This document shows, piece by piece, positions 57,614 to 64,000 of a stretch of DNA of 64,000 nt. The DNA is taken from the NCBI GenBank assembly GCA_048939015.1, contig JBHLPW010000001.1, positions 32,001-96,000 on the forward strand. The letters run 5' to 3'. Each line of letters opens with the position of its first letter. Position 1 is the stretch's first letter. The position numbers and the translations under genes were made by a program. Source of the stretch: Promethearchaeota archaeon (GTDB lineage Archaea > Asgardarchaeota > Lokiarchaeia > Sigyniarchaeales > SOKP01). The notes beneath the pieces are model-generated. The model ran no database searches. It had not been told where the DNA came from and saw only the letters and a program-made list of their open reading frames with translations.

Positions 57614-59584
57614 TCAATATAAATCCTTTATAACAAAATCCAAATTAAGTTCTTTAAGAGTTTGTTTTAAAGGATATCCATTCTCAGGATTCCACCCCAT
57701 TTCATTACAATATCCTTTATAAAATTCTTCATATTCAATGGATATACCTTTTGTGGGTCCCTTTTTATCTGGAGGATGTCCAGTAACTCTCCCAGGTAAT
57801 TTATTGGCTGCAATTTCTATCCCTTCACGTAAAGTAAATGCTTGACGAAGAGTTTGAATTCTTAACCCTATCTTTATTAATTCATTAACAGACACTTTCC
57901 AACCAGTGAGATTATTAATCAAATCGATAAAAGGATATTGACCAAATAGAGTAGAAAATATACATAAACCAGCGCTATTAATAACTTGATGAATACAAGT
58001 CGTTAACATTTGTCCTATGTGTTTTTTTCTTTCATTTTTTTTCCAACCTTTTGGTAGCCTAAATCCTTTCTGAAATCTATTGATGGGACCTATATCAATG
58101 AAATCAATACTAGCAGCGGTATGTCTTCCTGGCGTAGGATCATAATTATAAGTGAAAGCTAAGGAAGGGAAAACTCTTGGATTATGCATTGCAATTTCAG
58201 AACCTAGAGAAGTAATAGCATAGTTTATTGACTCTTTTCCAATTTTTTCTGCTGCGGTTTTACATCCATCAGCTAAGATGTCTCCAATACCCTCCCGTTG
58301 AATAATTTTTTTTACTAATTCAATAATGGCATTTGAGTTGCCCCAGGTTAATTTTAAACCATCTGTATCTTTTTCAGTTAAAATTCCATTTTCAAAGCAC
58401 TCTATTGCAAATGCTACCGTTGCACCAGTAGAAATTGTATCTATAGCCGCTCTATTGCATATCTCATTTAACTCAAAGATAGATAGTAAATCATGATTAA
58501 GTAAAAGTGCACCAAATGAACAACAAGTTTCATATTCGGGGAGATGCGTTTCATCTAGATTGAGTTCTGGAACTTTTAATATTCCACCACATTGAACTGG
58601 ACAGCTAAAACAACCAAATTCTCTAATTTTATATTTTTGTATCTTTATTGCGGATAAATCCTGTGATTTTTTGAAAGAATAGTCATACATTCCAATCCCA
58701 GACCAATTTTTTATCGGAGAATCGTTTATTTCAGCCGAAATAGTGTTTGCGACGCTAGTTCCAAATAATTTATAGATTTCTCTTATCATTTTTGGAGGTC
58801 CTGCAAATCCTATTCTAAATCTGCGTATTGTTTTAGCTAATTTTGGTACATTTTTTAATATTGATCTAATTAATTTATTTGGTTCTTGATACGTTCCGCT
58901 TTCATTATAGTTTTTTACTAACTCTAAAAATTTTACTCGATTATTGATATTAATCCTCTTATTTCCTTTCAATACAAGTGCTTTCAATTTTTTTGATCCC
59001 ATAATTGATCCCAATCCTGCTCGAGCGGCAATTCGACCTTTATCATTTGCTATACCTGAAATTTTTGATAAATTTTCTCCAGCTTGCCCAATTGCAGCGG
59101 TTTTAATAAATTTGCCATGTTTCTCCTTCAATCTTGATTCTGTTTCAATAATGTCTAACCCCCAAATATCTGAAGCATCTAAAATCTTCATTTTATCTTC
59201 TTGAATTAAAACATATTTGGGTGTTTTAGCTGCTCCTTTAAAAATTATAGCATCGTAACCACTTTTTTTTATCTCTGGACCAAAATTCCCTCCACTATTA
59301 GAATCGCCCCAAGTTCCTGTTAAAGGTGATTTCCCTGCAATCATATACCTTCCTGAAAATGGTGCGGCCGTACCAGTTAATAAACCTGGAAAAAAACCAA
59401 AAATTGATTTCGGATCTAATGGATTAATACTCCCCAACATATTCTCATAAATTAGTTTTACAGCTAATCCATATCCTCCAAGATATTGGCGATATATCTC
59501 TTCTGGTATTGATTGGTCTTTAAAACTTTCTTCTGTAAGATTGATCCATAACACTTTTCCAAAAAAACCAGAACCCATATTCAT
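57614..59584 (-). CDS. aor: Aldehyde:ferredoxin oxidoreductase (tungstopterin AOR family)
   Basis: YLGGYG, KSPLTG, AIGQAGE, GSKKLKA, CFSCPVQC, PEYET, DTIS. Confidence 0.93.
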   Translation of the reverse strand: MNMGSGFFGKVLWINLTEESFKDQSIPEEIYRQYLGGYGLAVKLIYENMLGSINPLDPKSIFGFFPGLLTGTAAPFSGRYMIAGKSPLTGTWGDSNSGGNFGPEIKKSGYDAIIFKGAAKTPKYVLIQEDKMKILDASDIWGLDIIETESRLKEKHGKFIKTAAIGQAGENLSKISGIANDKGRIAARAGLGSIMGSKKLKALVLKGNKRININNRVKFLELVKNYNESGTYQEPNKLIRSILKNVPKLAKTIRRFRIGFAGPPKMIREIYKLFGTSVANTISAEINDSPIKNWSGIGMYDYSFKKSQDLSAIKIQKYKIREFGCFSCPVQCGGILKVPELNLDETHLPEYETCCSFGALLLNHDLLSIFELNEICNRAAIDTISTGATVAFAIECFENGILTEKDTDGLKLTWGNSNAIIELVKKIIQREGIGDILADGCKTAAEKIGKESINYAITSLGSEIAMHNPRVFPSLAFTYNYDPTPGRHTAASIDFIDIGPINRFQKGFRLPKGWKKNERKKHIGQMLTTCIHQVINSAGLCIFSTLFGQYPFIDLINNLTGWKVSVNELIKIGLRIQTLRQAFTLREGIEIAANKLPGRVTGHPPDKKGPTKGISIEYEEFYKGYCNEMGWNPENGYPLKQTLKELNLDFVIKDLY

Positions 59585-59967
59585 CTTTTAGATTTCTTTT
59601 AAATTTTAATAAAATTAGTATTAAAAAATTTATCGAAATTGAGTCTTCTAATTATCATATCTTAATTTTTATAATGATTTTAAAAAAGTATTCAATAATT
59701 ATCGGTTTTATTAAAAAACCTATGGATTATTAAGTTTCTTTAATAGGAAGCTATAAATTATGTTAAGCGATTAATCTTGCCTTAAATACTAGTAAGGAAA
59801 CATTTAAATATACAATTTATTATACAACTAATGGTACAGAGTTCAGCGATCATTTAGAAATAATCATCTTTCTATTATTTCAGTACAATTTTAGCGTTCA
59901 TTAAGGGTTTGCATAAGTAGTTTATATTTTAATAAAAAACGAATAAATTTCTTTACAAATTAGAAAA

Positions 59968-60189
59968 ATGGCTATGTCATTACTCCCAACAATAAAAAAA
60001 AATCAAATTTCAATACAAAAATTCATTGATTGGGATAAATTTGAGAATGTTTTTTATAATAATTTTTACCTAGATAAATTTAAAATAGTTATCAAGATGC
60101 CTCTTATTCCTATAGAAGAAGGAAAAGATGATATTAAAATAAAGAAGTTTAATCTTGAGAAATATACTTTTCTTATTTCATATGATTGA
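59968..60189 (+). CDS. Hypothetical small protein
   Basis: 73-aa ORF in an otherwise empty interval; no recognisable motif. Confidence 0.45.
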   Translation: MAMSLLPTIKKNQISIQKFIDWDKFENVFYNNFYLDKFKIVIKMPLIPIEEGKDDIKIKKFNLEKYTFLISYD

Positions 60190-60214
60190 AGAATTATTTA
60201 AATGGACTTAATAC

Positions 60215-60352
60215 TCATTTATCCTTTGTTTTCTTACTTTTTACTCTATTATGTTTATTCCAACAAGAAAAGCAAATGAAAGTTCCATTTTCTAAAAGAA
60301 CTAAATCTTTTGTTGCTCGTATCATTCCACATTTGTGGCAGGTTTCAATCAT
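60215..60352 (-). CDS. 45-aa C4 zinc-finger microprotein (not in the ORF track)
   Basis: Manual translation: MIETCHKCGMIRATKDLVLLENGTFICFSCWNKHNRVKSKKTKDK*, starting 30 nt after the acyl-CoA synthetase stop. Confidence 0.7.
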   Translation of the reverse strand: MIETCHKCGMIRATKDLVLLENGTFICFSCWNKHNRVKSKKTKDK

Positions 60353-60382
60353 AAAACGAATAAATGACTTTTCTTTATATTA

Positions 60383-61993
60383 TTATATATTGATAGATTC
60401 AGCAAGTTTCTTGATTTCGTTTCTATCAAGCTTTCCAGCTTTGGTTAGAGGTAATGAATCAATAAAATTTACAATTCGGGGTTTTTTATATGAGGCAATA
60501 TTGGAAGCACAAAAATCAGACACTTCAGATGAGGTCATTGTTTTACCTGGTTCAAGTGTGATGAAAGCAATAATGATTTGGCCCCATTTATCATCTTGTT
60601 TACCTGATATCGCTACGTTATTGATTTTAGGATGTGTTCTTAAAAAATCCTCAATTTCTCCAGGAAATATCTTTTCTCCACCTGATATTATTAGTTCACT
60701 CGTTCTTCCCACATAGTATACATTACCTTCATTATCCATTTTACAAAGATCTCCTGAACGAAGCCATCCTTCTTCATCGATAACTTCTCTGGTTTTTTCA
60801 TCATCTTTATAATAACCTTTCATTATACTTCTCCCTTTATAGATCATTTCACCAACTATACCAACAGGAACATTTTCACCTTCTTCATTAACAACTCTCA
60901 TTTTAACACCAGTGACTATCTGTCCAATATAACCTTTTTTGATTTTAGGAATATTATCATGAGTCATAAATGCAATTGTAGAAGTACCTATTGTTTCAGT
61001 ACTACCATAACCATCTACAAGAACTTTATCGGGGAATTTCTCTAAAATTTCAATTTTCATATCTTTTGACATTTTCGCTCCACCAGAAGTAATCATTGTA
61101 AGTGAACTTAAATCAAATTTATCTAAATCAGAAAAATCTAACCAGAGTCGATACATAGTAGGAACCATGAAAACAGTAGTAATTTTTTCATCTTGTATTA
61201 TCTGGCATATTTCTTTTGGATCGAAACTCTTACTAACAGGGAAAATCATTAAATGTCTCATTCCAAGATTTGTTAGAACGGGCATTAGACCACTCACATG
61301 AAATATCGGTGTAGGAATTAAAAATTTCATTATCATACCAGGTGGAGGGATTAATGTTTTAGCAGGAATCTTCTTTTTTTTTACTAATTTCATTCCATGT
61401 GTAGGAGTCAAATAGGTTGCATTATACAGATTAGAGTGAGTTAGCATAGCACCTTTAGGCAATCCGGTTGTACCCCCTGTATAAAGTAATAATCCGATTC
61501 CATCATCATCCACTTGAAGTTCAAGATTAGTTGTTTCTTTATCTTTAATAATTTGCTCATAGTTTAACATTCCATTAAACTTTTCTTCTATATCCGCTCC
61601 TACAACGAAAATATGATTGAAATTTTCAAATTTGTACTCGTCAATAATTTTAAGTGTGATTCCAATAAAATTTTTATCTATAAACACTCCTTTTATGTCT
61701 GCATTTTCATATATATATCTGAATTCTGTCGATCCGTATTTTACATTTATAGGTACAGGAATAACTTCGATTTTTTGGAGTCCAAACATTATTTCAAGAT
61801 ATTCTGGTGAGTTATAAAGTAAAATACCATACTTATCACCTTTTTTTGCACCTAACTTCAAAAATGTTCTAGCGATTTGATTTGCTCGGTTATTTAGTGT
61901 ATCGTATGAGTAGACTTTTTTTCCGTGTTTTACAATCTCAAGATCGCCAAAATTTTCTGCTAATTTTTCTAGTACTTTATTTGCATATCCCAT
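60383..61993 (-). CDS. Acyl-CoA synthetase (AMP-forming)
   Basis: LYTGGTTGLPKGA, GYGSTE, RSGDL, IISGGEKIFP, GKLDR. Confidence 0.92.
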   Translation of the reverse strand: MGYANKVLEKLAENFGDLEIVKHGKKVYSYDTLNNRANQIARTFLKLGAKKGDKYGILLYNSPEYLEIMFGLQKIEVIPVPINVKYGSTEFRYIYENADIKGVFIDKNFIGITLKIIDEYKFENFNHIFVVGADIEEKFNGMLNYEQIIKDKETTNLELQVDDDGIGLLLYTGGTTGLPKGAMLTHSNLYNATYLTPTHGMKLVKKKKIPAKTLIPPPGMIMKFLIPTPIFHVSGLMPVLTNLGMRHLMIFPVSKSFDPKEICQIIQDEKITTVFMVPTMYRLWLDFSDLDKFDLSSLTMITSGGAKMSKDMKIEILEKFPDKVLVDGYGSTETIGTSTIAFMTHDNIPKIKKGYIGQIVTGVKMRVVNEEGENVPVGIVGEMIYKGRSIMKGYYKDDEKTREVIDEEGWLRSGDLCKMDNEGNVYYVGRTSELIISGGEKIFPGEIEDFLRTHPKINNVAISGKQDDKWGQIIIAFITLEPGKTMTSSEVSDFCASNIASYKKPRIVNFIDSLPLTKAGKLDRNEIKKLAESINI

Positions 61994-62004
61994 AATAATT
62001 TATC

Positions 62005-62424
62005 TTATTTGATAATTTTAAAAATATTGAATTTCAAGCCTGAAGCTTTAATTAAATATAATGAAATAATAGCAAAAAATAAATCAATCAATCCAAAAAT
62101 CAATAATCCTAGTCCAATAGTGGGAATTAGAACTATATTTATATAAATTACAATCTGGATGGCTAAGCGTAATATAATTATTAATAATATATTAAGTAAA
62201 TACTTCTCTACATTGAAAGCCGAGAATGATAACATTAAACCAATAATGATTGCTAGCAAACCAGCAGTTTGAGCAAAAATAGGGTAGTCTAATCGATTTA
62301 TATCTAAACCTAACAAATTTAATAATGGTACAATAAAAAATGTTAATAAGAAACCGAAAATGATTTCGTAAATACCTCCGATGAGAGATACTAACTTGAG
62401 TTTCTTGATTTTACTTTCTGTCAT
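62005..62424 (-). CDS. Four-TM membrane protein
   Basis: Four hydrophobic helices; sits within the lipid-metabolism operon. Confidence 0.75.
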   Translation of the reverse strand: MTESKIKKLKLVSLIGGIYEIIFGFLLTFFIVPLLNLLGLDINRLDYPIFAQTAGLLAIIIGLMLSFSAFNVEKYLLNILLIIILRLAIQIVIYINIVLIPTIGLGLLIFGLIDLFFAIISLYLIKASGLKFNIFKIIK

Positions 62425-62444
62425 TTTTTTTTCCCAATTCTGGC

Positions 62445-63263
62445 TTATCGCCCTAAAAATTTTGGTTCTCTTTTTTCGAAGAAAGCAAGTAATCCTTCTG
62501 TAAAATCCTCAGAATCAAACGCTTTAAATAGACTTTCAGCTTCTCTATCAAGAGCTTCGACAGTTTTTTGTTCAAGTGTTTTATTTATTGCAAGTTTTGC
62601 CAACCCAATCGAAAATGTTGGGCCTTTTGCTAATTTTTCTGCGATTTTTAAAACATTATCCATGAACTTATTATCAGGAAATACACCATTAATTAAACCC
62701 ATCTCTAGGGCTTTTTGTGAGCTAAATCGATCACCAAAGAAAATCAATTCTTTTGCTTTATGGATACCAATTATTCGTGGTAAAATATACGTTGATGACA
62801 TTTCAGGAATAATTGCTCGCTTCATGAAAAAGGTACCTAATTCTGCTGCATCTGAAGCGTAAATTAAATCGCAGTTTAAAGCTACATTCAATCCACCACC
62901 TAAGGCCAAACCATTAATGGCTGCAATTAGAGGTTTTGGTGTGTTTTGCATCTTTAGTACTAATCTCTTTTGAGAAACATCTATCTCCATCTCTCCTGAT
63001 TGCATTTTTCCGCCATCCTCGATTTTATCAACATCACCAGCCATGCCTTCACTTGCTTGATTAAAATCACCTCCGGTAGAAAAAGCTCTACCTTTTCCTG
63101 TGATTATAGCTACTCTAATTTCATTATTGCTCGCAACTTCATCCAATGCTTCATATATTTCATCAAACATTTTGCCATTTATCGCATTCAATTTGTATTC
63201 CCTATTGAAAGTGATAATTGCAACATTCTTCTTAATTTCAAATAAGAGGTACTTGAATTCCAT
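62445..63263 (-). CDS. Enoyl-CoA hydratase/isomerase family (PaaG-like)
   Basis: KLNAI, AFSTGGD, PKPLIAAINGLALGGG, EKREPKFLGR. Confidence 0.92.
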   Translation of the reverse strand: MEFKYLLFEIKKNVAIITFNREYKLNAINGKMFDEIYEALDEVASNNEIRVAIITGKGRAFSTGGDFNQASEGMAGDVDKIEDGGKMQSGEMEIDVSQKRLVLKMQNTPKPLIAAINGLALGGGLNVALNCDLIYASDAAELGTFFMKRAIIPEMSSTYILPRIIGIHKAKELIFFGDRFSSQKALEMGLINGVFPDNKFMDNVLKIAEKLAKGPTFSIGLAKLAINKTLEQKTVEALDREAESLFKAFDSEDFTEGLLAFFEKREPKFLGR

Positions 63264-63324
63264 TTTCTAATTACTTCTACTTACTAATTATTATAAAATA
63301 AAAAAAAATAGTTTATTTATCTAT

Positions 63325-63654
63325 TCATTTCATCAACATCTGTAATTTCAGCATATCATTCATGGGTCCTTTTGCTTTAATTTTACCTCCCATAAAGGCT
63401 TTTGTTGGGCTCAGTTCTCCATCCATGATATCAATAATTACTTCACTAGTGGTTGTAATAATCATATCAGGTTCTTCAATCTCACCCTCTTTTATTTCGC
63501 ATTTCGCATTTTTGAATACGAGATAATAATTATCAGTATCAGTGAAATTGAATTGTAATATTTTATCAAAATCTTTAAAACGATCTTGATATGCTGGATC
63601 ATCCAACTTGCTAACCATTTTTTTAATTCCTTCAACTAATTCTTCATTTCCCAA
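63325..63654 (-). CDS. SCP2 sterol-binding domain protein
   Basis: PDMIITTTSEVIIDIMDGELSPTKAFMGGKIKAKG. GGAGGT RBS points to a TTG start at 63654. Confidence 0.9.
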   Translation of the reverse strand: MGNEELVEGIKKMVSKLDDPAYQDRFKDFDKILQFNFTDTDNYYLVFKNAKCEIKEGEIEEPDMIITTTSEVIIDIMDGELSPTKAFMGGKIKAKGPMNDMLKLQMLMK

Positions 63655-63691
63655 AATAATAACCTCCATTTACTTATTATGTTTATGTTCT

Positions 63692-64000
63692 CTATTTTCC
63701 TTTCCATTTCGGCTCTCTATTTCCTTCCATGAAAGCGGTGAAACCTTCAATTACGTCTTCACTATGAAACAATTCTTGAAACGGTTCCCATAAGCTGCCA
63801 ATCGCTCTGGTTCTAGTGAAATGATATCCTTGCTGAAACCATTTCTTTGTCCATTTGTGACTTAGAGGGGCTACTTTTTTCATTTCTTCTGCCATTTCTA
63901 TTGCTGCCTGCATTAACTCATCGTGGGGGACTACTTTATTTAGCAATCCCATCCTAAAGGCTTCATCAGCGGAAATAACTTTACCAGTTAATAATAATTC
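63692..64000 (-). CDS. Enoyl-CoA hydratase/isomerase, C-terminal part (5'-truncated by the window edge)
   Basis: The frame is open to 64000: ELLLTGKVISADEAFRMGLLNKVVP...EGFTAF...REPKWKGK. Confidence 0.88.
   Translation of the reverse strand, partial: ELLLTGKVISADEAFRMGLLNKVVPHDELMQAAIEMAEEMKKVAPLSHKWTKKWFQQGYHFTRTRAIGSLWEPFQELFHSEDVIEGFTAFMEGNREPKWKGK

Noticed and set aside
60186-60716. 176-aa + strand ORF
   Set aside because: Antisense to the acyl-CoA synthetase 3' end and to the 45-aa zinc-finger ORF; no motif. A shadow ORF.

Overview
A gene-dense, very AT-rich 64 kb archaeal chromosomal segment, most likely from an Asgard archaeon of the Lokiarchaeia type. This is inferred from a Rab-like GTPase, longin/uDENN-like domains, an SDS22-like LRR protein, archaeal TFB, proteasome alpha and RFC, and many paralogous acyl-CoA ligases, crotonases, SCP2 proteins and FAD/Fe-S oxidoreductases. 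It holds about 60 CDS covering lipid/acyl-CoA metabolism, glycolysis (fba, pyk), aor, pepT, grpE-dnaK-dnaJ-tfb, a three-gene RFC operon, transporters and small regulators. I found no rRNA, tRNA, CRISPR array or transposase. Most notable: (1) a Rab-like GTPase / psmA / winged-helix / 2014-aa repeat-protein locus, where the giant protein is built from about 13 helical modules and five are recently amplified with an exact 369-bp period; (2) an intact two-component receiver fused to a probable uDENN/longin domain; (3) an RFC operon with a second, catalytically degenerate small subunit and a PIP-less large subunit; (4) an inactivated RadA-like protein ending in a PIP box; (5) a probable ATT start codon for the Rab gene; (6) a 45-aa zinc-finger gene missed by the ORF track; (7) several clear operator or hairpin palindromes. 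All family assignments come from motif recognition by eye, not from database searches.
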